The notes under the pieces are model-generated. The model was not told the DNA's origin, did not search any database, and saw nothing but the letters and a program-made list of their open reading frames with translations. This document shows positions 37,501-49,992 of a stretch of DNA of 64,000 bases, one piece after another. This stretch comes from Anthoceros angustus. Taxonomy: Eukaryota; Plantae; Anthocerotophyta. Location of the stretch: positions 558,001-622,000 of the forward strand of contig VJWM01000107.1 in assembly GCA_010909165.1 (NCBI GenBank), in the 5' to 3' direction. Within the stretch, counting starts at the first letter, position 1, and every line of letters begins with the position of its first letter. The position numbers and the translations under genes are program-made.

Positions 37501-40500
37501 CTCAATCCTCATAGCTTCTCTTGGCGAAACATGATGCCTCACACCTTGGGTGCTACCAAAATTGTATGGCATAGTTTCTTTACAAGGATAAGAGTAATGC
37601 ATCCTGTGTTTGCACACAGGACTTCTTTGGCATGAGGATGAGGGACAACGAATCCGTTGAATCCTATATTAACCGCCAGATCGCACGAGCTACCTTGGCA
37701 TACTGTGGCACAACCCTTACAGAGGAACAAGCGGGACCAACTGTTAGCTTCACTTCCGCAGAGCTACCATTTTATGAGTTCACATTCGCTCGTGCATCCT
37801 CTCACGGAGCTCGCCTTACACTGGACCAACTGATAGGGGCTTTGCTAGCTGAAGAGCGCACTAAGGGTTTTCATAAGGGAAAGGAGACTTCCCAACAACA
37901 TTTTAGTTTGAGAGTTCTATTTTCTGGCCGAGGCAGAGGGAGCTTTCGTGGACGTGGTCATGGAGGACAAGGTCGAGGGGGCTATTCCACAGCTAAACAG
38001 CCAAATCTCCAAAGGAAGACTTTTACTTGTAACTGGTGTAAGATCCCAGGACATTTTGAGAAGGACTGCAGGAAGAAGCGTGCTGGAGAGCCACGCAAGG
38101 ATGGGACTGCTCCTAAATCCAACCTAGCCACAGGCAAGCCATCAACAACGGCTAAGTCACCTTCCATTCTTCTTTGTTTAGCTTCGGTTCAAATTCGATG
38201 ACATGTGGTTTTGGACTCGGGGCTACTAGCCACATTTGTTACGATAGGCGTGCTTTCCATGAGTTCTTACCACCGATAGTCGATTCGTCTTATTAGGTGA
38301 TGATAGTGGTCCGTCCATTAAAGGTTCAGCTCGGTCACCCTCGAGCCTAATTCCACCACGATGATTCTCACAGTGTCCTGTTTGTCCCATGACTAAAAAT
38401 CTAATGTCACTATTAAGCTTTCGAGAACACTCAGAGAATTTGTTTTGATCATTCGTTGTTCCATTTCTAACATATAATCGGGATGAAATTTTCTCCGAAC
38501 TCCTTTTAATGACTTGTATCTCTTGAATGTCGGACCCATCGAACTCCAAGCGCATGAAGTTTGTGGAGCTTCGCTTGCGAGCGACCCCCTATTGATTTCT
38601 GTTTGAGTTGGATGTGATGCCGCCTAGGACACGTCCGGATCCTCTGAAGAGGACTTGACTTAGATTACGGCGGCATCGTGAGCGGATCGATCCCGATCCA
38701 CGCGTGGTGAAGAACGCTATAGGCGTCCGGATTTCAATTTTGAGTTCGGGCTTCCTAGAGAACCACGAAGGTGCTCGTGAAGGGCCACGAGGAGGTTTTG
38801 GCTATACCCCGTGGTTCCTTTGGGGAGCGGACACCTCGATCTCCCGGGCGTGAGCGAACCGACCAACGATAGGGGCTTTGCCTGCTACGACAACTCTGCG
38901 GCGACTTCCACATCGGCCTCGGAGGCATCCACCTCAACTATGGCGGCTCTTCCTCAACCGCCTTGAAGATCGATTTGAGGACAAGGATCGTTTCAATGGA
39001 ACGACTACAACACGGTCATTGAGATTGACCCGGATATTTGAGGAAAATGAGTTGATGTCGGTGGTAGATGGAAGTGAAGTATGCCCAGCAGCAGTACAAA
39101 TGCGTGACGTTCTCGATCGGAAAGCGAAGGGACGGAGAGCACGTTCAATCCTCATAGCTTCTCTTGGCGAAACATGATGCCTCACACCTTGGGTGCTACC
39201 ACCTCGGCGGTATGGCATAGTTTGATCAGTTACAAGGATAAGAGTAATGCATCCTGGTGTTTGCACACAGGACTTCTTTGGCATGAGGATGAGGGACAAC
39301 GAATCCGTTGAATCCTATATTAACCGCTTGATCGCACGAGCTACCTTGGCATCTTGTGGCACAACCCTTACAGAGGAACAAGCGGGACCCGATCTGTTAG
39401 CTTCACTTCCATGAGCTACAGTCATTTTATGAGTTCACAGTTCGCTCGTGCATCCTCTGCTGCGGTACATTCCGCCCTTTGGACCAACGATAGGGGCTTT
39501 GCTAGGCGCACTAAGGGTTTTCATAAGGGAAGGAGACTTCCCAACAACATTTTAGTTCGAGAGTTCTATTTTCCGGCCGAGGCGGAGGAGCTTTCGTGGG
39601 CGTGGTCGTGGAGGACAAGGTCGAGGGGCTATTCCACTAACACCCAAATCTCCAAAGGAAGACTTTTACTTATCGTGTAAGATCCCAGGACATTTTGAGA
39701 AGGACTGCAGGAAGAAGCGTGCTGGAGAGCCACGCAAGGATGGGACTGCTCCTAAATCCAACCTAGCCACAGCCAAGCCATCAACAACGGCTAAGTCACC
39801 TTCCATTCTTGCTGTTTGTTTAGCTTCGGTTCAGATTCAGTATGACATGTGGTTTTTGGACTCGGGGGCTACTAGTCACATTTGTTACGATAGGCGTGCT
39901 TTCCATGAGTTCTTACCAGCTTCTGATAGTCAGCAGTTCGTCTTATTAGGTGATGATAGTGGTCTGTCCATTAAAGGTTCAGGCTCAGTCACCCTCGAGC
40001 TGCCTAATTCCACCACGATGATTCTCACAGTGTCCTGTTTGTCCCATGACTAAAAATCTAATGTCACTATTAAGCTTTCGAGAACACTCCTGTAGAATTT
40101 GTTTTGATCATTCGTTGTTCCATTTCTAACATAGTAGATGAAATTTTCTGGAACTCCTTTTAATGACTTGTATCTCTTGAATGTCGGGACTCTTTCCCAA
40201 GCACCCATACCAGTCCGGCCCATCACTATCTCCCACTCAGCTGTGGCATTGTCGTTTGGGACACGTCAACTTTCAGCGTTTGTCTTTGTTGGTGAATAAC
40301 ACAGTCTTTAGAGATTCCTTGTCGTTCTCATTTGATAACCATGCTTTTTGCGATTCCTGTCAAGTTAGCAAAGCCATTTCCCAGCCATTTAGAGATCAGA
40401 ACTTATCCAGAGCACCTAGTCTTCTCCACACAGTTCACAGTGACCTTTGTGGCCCCATGTCCTCATCCTCCTTTGGGGGTGCCCAATATTTCTTGACCTT

Positions 40501-43500
40501 CATTGACGAGTGGAGCAGATACTGTACAGTATATGTGCTGCATAGCAAAAGTGACACTTTCACTGTTTCCAAGATTTCGTCACTATGGCCCAACGACAGA
40601 CAGGCTGCAAACTCAAGATTTTGAGGTCAGACAATGGTGGAGAATACATTAGTCATGCCTTTTCAGACTTTTGTGCAACAGAGGGAGTTCTTCATCGGTT
40701 CTGATTACCATATACACCGCCTAGAATGCGCTTTCAACGCAAAATCGTACTTACAAGAGGCCACTCTTTCTAGTTTGTCTTTGCCGGATCGACTCGTACC
40801 GGGCGAAGCTCGTTGCACTACTTATGTGCGTAATCGTCCCTACCAAAGAACTTGGGCTCATTACACCCTATGAACGTTGGATAGGCAAGAAGCCACGCAT
40901 CACTCACTTGCGGATTTTTGGCAGCCCTGCATATGCCCTTGTACCTTCTCGGTGACGTAAGCTCGACCAAGGTCGTCGTCAATCTTTGTTGGCTATCGAG
41001 GAAGTGAAGGGTTACAAGTCGCTTGATCGATGCTCGGCAAGTTACTTATTCCCGCAGTGTGATTTTCCATGAGAATGCTTTACTTCGTCGACATGACAGC
41101 TTGTTATCACCTTCTTATGTTGCCTCCCGCCACTATCCATGGTGTTGATGATGACGCTGATTTTGCTGATGATAAGGACACTGATGTTGCTGTCTTTGAT
41201 TTTGAGGATACAACTCCTTCAGCTTCACGGGGGCACATCAACCAGCCAGCGTCACCTCAGCCATCACAATCTGTGTCATCTTCTTCTGAATCAGATGAGT
41301 CTACTTTACCTGCTGAGTTTGCTCCTATTGATGAATCTGTAGCAGTTGATCCTCCAGTGCCTCCTGATTTACCTTTAGTTGCAGCCCCTGATCCTCCTTC
41401 TGTCGAAGACACACCATCCTCACCTGTCCTTTGCAGGTCTACTAGGTCTAGACCCCCTCGCCATGAGTGGACAGAACCACCATTTGTTGCTGGTGTAGCT
41501 TCCAAAACTCTTGTTCCAAACTTTAACACTTATGAGCCAACTAGTTACCTTGAAGCCATCACAGGCCCTAAGGCAGAATTCTGGAAGGAGTCCATACAGC
41601 CTGAATACAACTCTTTAATGGAAAATGGTACTTGGAAACTTGTAGACTTACCAGAAGGTCGTAAACCAGTAGCTTGTAAATGGGTCTTTAAAAAGAAACT
41701 CAACACGGATGGCGGTGTTGGCGCTACAAATCTAGGTTAGTAGCTAAAGGATATAGCCAAGTTCTTTGGGTTAGACTATAATGAGACATTTGCGCTGTGG
41801 TGAAGTCTACTTGATCGAATATTGCTATCTCTAGCAGCCCATTTTGGTCTTCACGTTCACCAACTAGGCGTTAAGACATTTCTTAATGGTACATTGAAGA
41901 AGAGATTTACATGCATCACCAAGGTTTTGTTATAGGCGAGGAGAAAGTTTGCCTATTGCTCAAGACACTTTATGGCCTGAAACAATCCAGCCGAGCTTGG
42001 AATGAAACGTTTCATGCTCTGCTGATAGAATTGGGTTTTACCTGCTTGGATGCTGATAGTACTGTTTACATATTGTGGGATGGAGATGACTTTCTTATTA
42101 TATCCGTTTATGTGGACGACAACTTCCTTTTCAGTACTTCTTTGGTGTTGATGGCCAGAATCAAAAGTGTTCTTTTATCTCGTTTTGACATGACCGACCT
42201 TGGGCAACTTTGTTTTTCTCTTGGTGTTCAGTTCCAGTTTTCTCAAGATAGGCATACAGTTGAGTTGCATCAGGAGCACCGTCACTCGGCTACTTGAAGT
42301 TCAACATGGTGAGGCACGCCTGTCAACACCTATGTCAACAAGTGAGAAGCTATCCAAGGAACATTGCCCAACTACGAAGAGAAGGACTTGATGGCCACTC
42401 GCCATAGGCGGTGTTGGTAGTCTTCTATATCTAGCATCTTGGACAAGGTTGGATATATCCGTATGTAAGCAATGTTTCTCAATTTTAGAGAACCCGGAGA
42501 GGTGCCAGGCAGCGATTAAGAGAATATTCCGTTATCTTAAGGGAACTCCTCGTTTAGGCCTGAAGTATACCAAGCAAGCTGCTGGATTGGAGCTAGTTGG
42601 ATTTTGCGATGCGGATTGGGCTGGTGATCCGGATTCAAGAAGGAGCATAGTAGCTTATTGTAACCTGTTGGGTGGCTCAGTGGTATCCTGGTCGAGCAAG
42701 AAGCTTACGACCATTTGTCTATCATCCACTAAAGCTGAGTACGGAGCACTGTCTCAAGCTGCCCGTGAAGTCATTTGGTTACGTTCCTTTCTACGTGGTC
42801 TTCAGTTGCGGTGGAGCTACAAGGTTGTGGTGTGACAACCAATCGGCTATAGCACTCACGAAGAACCCGGTTTTCACGCCGCTCAAGCATATCGAGATCA
42901 CATCATTTCATTAGACAAGCTTATGACAAAGGAGAGGTAGATGTTCGATATATTCCAACAGTGAGAATGTTCGATGTCGACAAAAGCACTTCCAAAATTG
43001 TCGATCAAGCATATGGCAGCAGGATCAAATATCACCTTCCTTGGAAAAGGGACAGCCCACTAGTCTACTCCTCCTTGCAAGATGCTCCTAGATTTATAAA
43101 TAGCCCTTCTCCGATTTTGCCTTGATGTTTGCGGTGGTGATTTCTTGATTCATCCAAGGAACATTGCCCAACTACGAAGAGAAGGACTTGATGGCCACTC
43201 GCCATAGGCGGTTGGTAGTCTTCTATATCTAGCATCTTGGACAAGGTTGGATATATCCGAGGCAATGTTTCTCAATTTTAGAGAACCCGGAGAGGTGCCT
43301 GGCAGCGATTAAGAGAATATTCCGTTATCTTAAGGGAACTCCTCGTTTAGGCAAGTATACCAAGCGGCTTTGGATTGGAGCTAGTTGGATTTTGCGATGC
43401 GGATTGGTGATCCGGATTCAAGAAGGAGCATAGTAGCTTATTGTAACCTGTTGGGTGGCTCAGTGGTATCCTGGTCGAGCAAGAAGCTTACGACCATTTG

Positions 43501-43886
43501 TCTATCATCCACTAAAGCTGAGTACGGAGCACTGTCTCAAGCTGCCCGTGAAGTCATTTGGTTACGTTCCTTTCTACATGGTCTTCAATAGTTGCCAGCT
43601 GGAGCTACAAGGTTGTGGTGTGACAACCAATCGACTATAGCACTCACGAAGAACCCGGTTTTTCACGCCCGCTCCAAGCATATCGAGATCACACATCATT
43701 TCATTAGACAAGCTTATGAAAAAGGAGAGGTAGATGTTCGATATATTCCAACAGTGAGAATGTTCGATGTCGACAAAAGCACTTCCAAAATTGTCGATCA
43801 AGCATATGGCAGCAGGATCAAATATCACCTTCCTTGGAAAAGGGACAGCCCACTAGTCTACTCCTCCTTGCAAGATGCTCCTAGAT

Positions 43887-44535
43887 TTATAAATAGCCCT
43901 TCTCCGATTTTGCCTTGATGTTTGCGGTGGTGATTTCTTGATTCATCCAAGAGACTGCATGCAGCAGCAATGGGTAAGCAAGGTGAGTTGAGCATCTTTG
44001 GGGAGGTAGGTTAGCAGGAAGGCAGGGTGGATGAAGCTCACACGTGCTTAGCGCGACCTTACGCATCCGGTCGTCATACTTTCTTTTCTTCTGTTTTTTC
44101 TCTTCAGAGGGAGTCTTATCACTGCCAGTGACCTTATTAGCCCGCATCAGTATCAGCTGGTCTTCTTTGTTGAGTGCCTTCTGCGCCTCCGATGTGATTC
44201 TGTATGCATAATAGTACTCAAGCTCGTCTTCCTCTTTTGGCATTTCTTTCAGCATAGCATCCTGGTATTGCCCCTTGGTCAGTCTTCCTTCGAAGGACAC
44301 TACACTTGGAGTGTCATAAGGCTGAGCCTTGTCACCAGCAGATCTTGGTCTTCAGATATACCTTGTTGTAATCCTTCAGTGCCTGCTGTTCAGCTGTTTT
44401 TGGGGCGTTGATGTCTGTAGGAGGATGTTCGCATATAGAGCTGTGTAGAGTCCACTGTCGAGGTGAGAACTTCGAGGCAGGTATCCACTCCCTTCCACAG
44501 TGAATGCACTCAACACCATTGGGAACCTTCGCCAT
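43887..44535 (-). CDS. Antisense accessory gene of element C: C2HC zinc finger, charged helical region, NLS-like tract
   Basis: ECIHCGREW..WTLHSSIC (C-x2-C-x17-H-x3-C); KKQKKRK; one frame break near 44350 (40-nt intron or 1-nt indel); in-frame 108-nt intron candidate 44062-43955 (GTAAGG..CTAAC..ATGCAG). Confidence 0.6.
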
Positions 44536-45773
44536 AGGATCCTCAGTGGTTAGCGGTGCTTACAACCCAATGACCATATACCTACCGGGCATATTGTGAA
44601 CCAACCTGTGAGGAGGAGGTAGATTGCAAATCTCAAAGCTGGAGATTTGGAGCGCCATGGTATTTGTATCTGGATTTAGAGCGCAACAGGCAGGCTGGTG
44701 GACAGAGGAGCTAGGAGCGTAAGTGCTGAGTGGCGTAACAGCTTGCTGGTCACGAGGTTCGGGCGGTCAAGTCCACAACTGGCAAATCATTTTGATTCCT
44801 TTTTCAGTTTTGTACTGAAACCCAAATCAGGGTTCTAAGTTTAAGACAATATTTTATTGCTTAAATACTTTCTCTTGGGCTGTTCATTGCAACCAAGAGG
44901 GAGTAATGAAATAGTTAAGTCACCTAAAGTTAGGTTGACTCTATGCTAGTGGTTTTATGAAGAGTTATAAACACTTACATAACTTTTGTATATATGCTTG
45001 ATTTTCCCATGAACTTAATAACCGTTTTTCATTTTCTGCCGCGCTCATGTGCTTTCGCTCGCACCCGCTCGTGCCCCCTTGAATGATCCACACTCGCTTT
45101 ACATAGCAGTTGAATACCATTACATAAGAGAGTTGTTAGAAAACAAGACAATAGATATCAACTTTATTGCAACACATGATAATTAACTCAACCGATCTAT
45201 TAATCCCTAGGTCGAGAGTTACATGGCAAACATATGAAGAGTCTAGGCATAATAGATATTAAGTCTAAGCCACCCAACTCAGCTAGCCTAAGTTAGTAAC
45301 TTGAATGGACAACTAAAAGTTAACCTTAACTGTGCACCACATAGCTTGTCCAAAGTTTCAAGGTCCTCTTCTATCTCCAAATAATCCTCATGGTATTCAT
45401 GAACTTCTCTCTTTTGTGCCCAAACAAATCCTATTCACAAAATTTAGGTATTATGTTTAATCATAATAATAATATTAAATATTATTTAAGTCATTATGGT
45501 ATTAGGGTACTTACTATAGGTGTGATTAGTATGTCCTTCAAACTCAGTACATGGAGCAGTACCTAACCACATCATCTTAATTCCTTGTGGCAAATATACT
45601 CTGCTGGGGCATGGAAATCTCCCTTATTCCTAGGGCATATTAAGTAGGTGAAGCTTGCCTGCTTTCCTATCTGCCAATGGAATAGCCCATTAGGTTACAC
45701 TCTTCTCTCTCTCTACATTAGGTCACATTAGGTCTCTCAGCCCATTAGGTCACATTAGGTCTCTCTCAGCCCA

Positions 45774-46613
45774 TTAGGTCACATTTTTGCAGCATTTGTG
45801 CAGATGGTTTTTCTTACCAAATGCAAACTTCCTGAGGCCATCAGCATGCTTAGCACCAACAAAATCAGTGGAGACTAGAGAACGTGAGTGCCAACTTGGG
45901 CTACCTTCACACACAACTTTGTGAGCAACATCTTCAACTTGGACCTGCAGGTTGGGTGCTGAAGACACCTCATCAACATCGTTGGGGAATCCTCCCCAGC
46001 TTGAAGTCTCGGAGGAGGAGAGTTCTATCACATTGGGTGGATCTGAGGTAGTTTCCAGCAGGCGACCAGGCACGGGCTCACCCCCATCTTGGCTTCGACT
46101 TCGAGATGGACTTGGATCTTTTGATGGTGATCTCCAAAAGTCGCCATACTGGGTATGGATCCACCTCTTCTTGCACACAACAGCTAGAGGAGATGGAAAG
46201 CCCCAAGACACATTGAGCCCTTTCACACCATCAATAAGATTGAGCATTTAAGGAGGACCTGTAGCAGATATAGACTCCGTAGCAGCATCAAGGGCGCCCC
46301 CAAATGAGGCGCCGTTGGCGGCATCAGCTGGGGTACCGTTGTCGCACGGCGTGCCTGCCCCTCCGATTTTCTTCCACGACGGCCTTGCAACAGGCCAGCC
46401 GTGACACCATTCACACAATTCGTAGCACGCGTGAGCGTGGCGAATCTGCCATGTGCGTCGTGGCACTGCTGGGCCGCGTGGTGCGGGCGGCCACGCCTGC
46501 GTGCGTCCGATGCACGTTGCGCGCGCACACATGCGCGCATAGCGCGCGAACTTCTTGCCGCCATAGCCACCAACTTTGGAGGTTGGTGGTCCACGAGTCG
46601 GTGAAGGAGACAA
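45774..46613 (-). pseudogene. Antisense accessory reading frame of element B (one in-frame TAA at 46250-46248)
   Basis: The 121-aa and 157-aa ORFs abut in the same frame; contains PNVIELSSSET and VCEGSPSWHSR, shared with element A. Confidence 0.55.
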
Positions 46614-47765
46614 ACAGGGGCCAACCGTTGCCCCCGCTCACTTAAGTTTTGGTTAAGCCTTTTTTCGTTTTTTCTTATTTCAGAAAATATTTAAGTGGCT
46701 TTTATCCTTCATTTCATATGTTTAAGTTCCTTTTCCTAATTCTTTTAAGTTAAAGACTAGGTTACCATTTTAGGTCTATTATAGCTCATTTTGAAGCTAG
46801 AAAGATACTCTATCACGTTACCTCAATTCATAGTGAGTGGGAGTGATGAAATAAAAACATACTAGGGCACTATTCACTAGGGCACCTAGAATTAAGCATT
46901 AATTAATTATAGGGCACTAGGTAGTTTGTTTATTTAGTTATTTAGGTAGTTAGTTGTTATATTGGTTATATGGTTACAACCTCCTAACCACCTTGCCTAT
47001 ATAAAGGCATATACTTTCTATTATAATCAATGCTACAAACACTTGGAGCAAGTGAATGATTCTTATCAGGGGAGGGTCTCCATGGCACCTTGGTGGACTA
47101 TGGAGCAGATTCCAGCCCCGAGGCTTGGATTCGAAGAGAGAATGAATTGAAACCCTCCTCTCCTAGGGTTAGAGAAGAAGCATGTGTGGAGGATGTGCCA
47201 GTGGCCAAGAGGGCCAAGATGATTTTGCTGGAAGAGAGATAACCAGCTACATGGAGCAAGAGCAGCTCTAGTCTAAAGCCCGTCGGGTTGGAATAAAGGC
47301 AAAAAGGGTTGGAGATTGAAGAGAGTTTTCCCCAAGATTTGCTGAAGGGCTGGAGGATATGCGTCCTTAGGGTTTTGATGAGCAGCTTAGGGCGAGCGAG
47401 TTTAATAATAAGCATGGTATAGAGATAGGAAAGGATAGTGGCCATGATGGCCAGAGACTATAGAGGCTAGTGGAGAGATAGCTCTTAATATTCGAAATGG
47501 AAACATGATATAGTGGTGAAGTGAGAAAATGGCCTTTAATGTTGATTTTGAATAGCCATTAGTTCAAGGTAGTGGAGAAGGCGTAACGGAACTTAAAGAA
47601 GAAAAGGGATATGATATAGGGGAGGCTCTATTTGTATGTGCCCTATAAAAAGGGCAAGTTACCGCGTCTTATGCTCCCTTGCTTGTGGGTTTTCTACGCT
47701 TTGTAAAAGATCTCATTGCCGCATGCAAGCTAACGTTGTGTCTCGTAAAGGAGGGAGGCCGCGTC

Positions 47766-48042
47766 GGTCGGAGTGCTTGGCGAAGGGCTTGCTCTGTGCA
47801 GGCGCCTTTGCGGGGGCACGCCTTTGCGGGTTGCCCCCCGTCGGAGTGCTTGGCGAAGGGCTTGCTCATGCGGGCGCCTTTGCGGGGCACGCCTGCGGGT
47901 TGCCCCGTCGAGTGCTTGGCGAAGGGCTTGCTCTGCGGGCGCCTTTGCGGGGCACGCCTTTGCGGGTTGCCCCCCGTCGGAGTGCTTGGCGAAGGGCTTG
48001 CTCTGTGCAGGCGCCTTTGCGGGTTGCCCCCGTCGGAGTGCC
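47766..48042. repeat. GC-rich tandem array, about 4 units of 67-75 bp (CGTCGGAGTGCTTGGCGAAGGGCTTGCTC...GCCTTTGCGGG...TTGCCCCC)
   Basis: Directly visible; GCCTTTGCGGG sub-repeats within units. Confidence 0.9.
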
Positions 48043-49992
48043 TAATCTCTACTCCTCTACTCAACAGTTAACTCCACATTATCATCCATGCTCACTCAAC
48101 TCAACTCATTAGCTAGAAGAAGGCCCAGGTCAGAGCCTAAGGGAGGGGTCCCAAATCTGTATCAAAACGAGAGTGGAAGCCGGGCCAAGGTCTCGAAACT
48201 ACAAAGGCTATAACATCGCTTGGGTGTGTGAAGAGGTATTGTGCTTGTATTTTGGAAGCCAATGTCATATCAAACGAAAGTCTCATGGGACAAATCACGT
48301 ATCTGCTTCACACGAACCGGAAAAGGCACAGTCTCTTTAAATTATGACTTATTCACCCAATTATTTTTGGATTAATTGAATTACTATGATTACTTTCTAG
48401 ATAATTATCTATATGGAATATAGCTATGCATGCTTACGCTCTTCCGTTCCGTCTAGATTTCACATGCTTCATTCGGCTGAGCAAAGCGAAAAACGATGTG
48501 CATACCCTAGCTGGGCTTCTGATTGCAACCGAGCTTGCTCAAAGCTTCATGCGTCGGCTTTAGTTGAGCTTGCTTGAAACTTCACGTGAATGCTTCGGCA
48601 AACTTCCTTTATGACTTATTTACCTAATTAATTTTTTTATTAATTAAATTCTTATAATTACTAGCGAGGCTTATTATGTGGGACTAAATGTGTTATGCAG
48701 TTAATCTAAGTATGTATATACAGTTAGTCTAATTGTGTTAGTCTAACTGTATACACACAGTTAGTCTAACTGTGTTTTTGGGTGAGTATTTGCGCACCCA
48801 AAAAAAAAACGCTGTAGTTCGCCTCCAAAACTCGGTAGCGATGCAAGGGATATGCCCTCCAGCAGGATAATACCAATAATAATATTAATATACAGTTATG
48901 CTGCCCAAAACCCGGTTTATCGAAGGTGGCGATGGCGAGTACGCTACAGCAAGTACGACATGAAGGTGGGTACGAAGTAGAGGCGAGCGAAGGAACGGAG
49001 CAAAGACTCCTTCACGGGTGCCAATCATGCAAAGCACGAGAAGTCGGAGACGTAGTCCAAGGGGAGAAACCCTCCGGAGATTCACCGACAGGAGACGAGA
49101 CCGGTTAAAAAATAAGGGGCGATGGGGACGGGGCGTTGGGCAGTCCGACCAACCAACCCCGGCGTGGCGGCCCCACATGGGGTGGCCGCATCAAAGCTCG
49201 CCTTCCGCCAATACGATTCCATTTCCGGCCCCCCGGGCCTCCGTCACCCCGAATATGCTGCTTACAGACTCCTTCGGCGAGTCCACATGCAGACACGACA
49301 CCAGGGGCAACCGCGAAGCTTCCCGGTCACGGGCCCCCCCGCTAAACCGTCACGTGAGAGCCAGCCGGTTTTTTTATCCGCCCTCGGCCGATACGCTGCC
49401 AAGGCCCGGTCCCCAGTCCGGCCCCGTGAGATTTTCCGCAAAGGGTCGACGCAAGCCAGGCACTGCTTTTCGCCAGTTGCTATACTCGGCAGTGGGCACC
49501 CGACAGTCGGAGGGCCATATATCATATTGAGGCCTGTCGCGCCCTTTCATCATACGAGCTACTTGCGCTCGAGCCTCATCAGAGCCTGCCACCCCGCCTC
49601 TGCGCGCCTCTTTCTGCCGGCTTCGGGACGCTGCAGCGCCGGTCGTGTCAGGGGCGGAGGGGCAAGGCGAGGCGAGGCCGCTGCGGCGTGCCTGGTTGCA
49701 AGGCGGATCTGAGCTGTTGCGGGTGGTTTTGGTTGTGAATTGGTTGTGTTGCGTGGTCCGCTTCGTCGGCGAGGCTCCGGAATTCGACAGGTGAGGATTT
49801 GGTGAGTGCGCTGGGGAGGAGGATTTCTGCATGTGCGAGAGGGAGCTGCTGGTTTGGTGGATTTGCGTTTCAGTGTGTGAATTTGAAGAGAGGAGGTGGA
49901 GAATGGCCGGATTTGCTGGCTTAGGAGACTGTGAGGTGCTTGTAAGCTTAGCTGGAGGAGTAAGATTGTGATGTGCTTGCAGGCGCAGCGTC

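Larger units (their letters stand above)
33387..45101 (+). mobile_element. Nested Ty1/copia element C with TA..TA LTR termini: LTRs 33387-33623 and 44904-45101, PBS 33624-33635, PPT 44895-44903
   Basis: Perfect TSD CATAG (33382-33386 and 45102-45106); PBS TGGTATCAGAGC; gag, CNWC..GHFEKDC knuckle, DSGATSH, integrase, RT and DADWAGD RNase H; internal tandem duplications. Confidence 0.93.
26450..47068 (+). mobile_element. Outer Ty1/copia element B (5'-truncated): RT 26450-26693 and 32847-33100, RNase H to 33386 and 45102-45300, PPT 46832-46843, 3' LTR 46844-47068
   Basis: The reading frame continues across both nested insertions (GIRLTS|DMSPKT.. and RTKHI|AVEYHYIRE). The LTR starts TGATGAAATA after AGTGAGTGGGAG, ends TTATCA and resembles the LTRs of element A. 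Confidence 0.85.
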
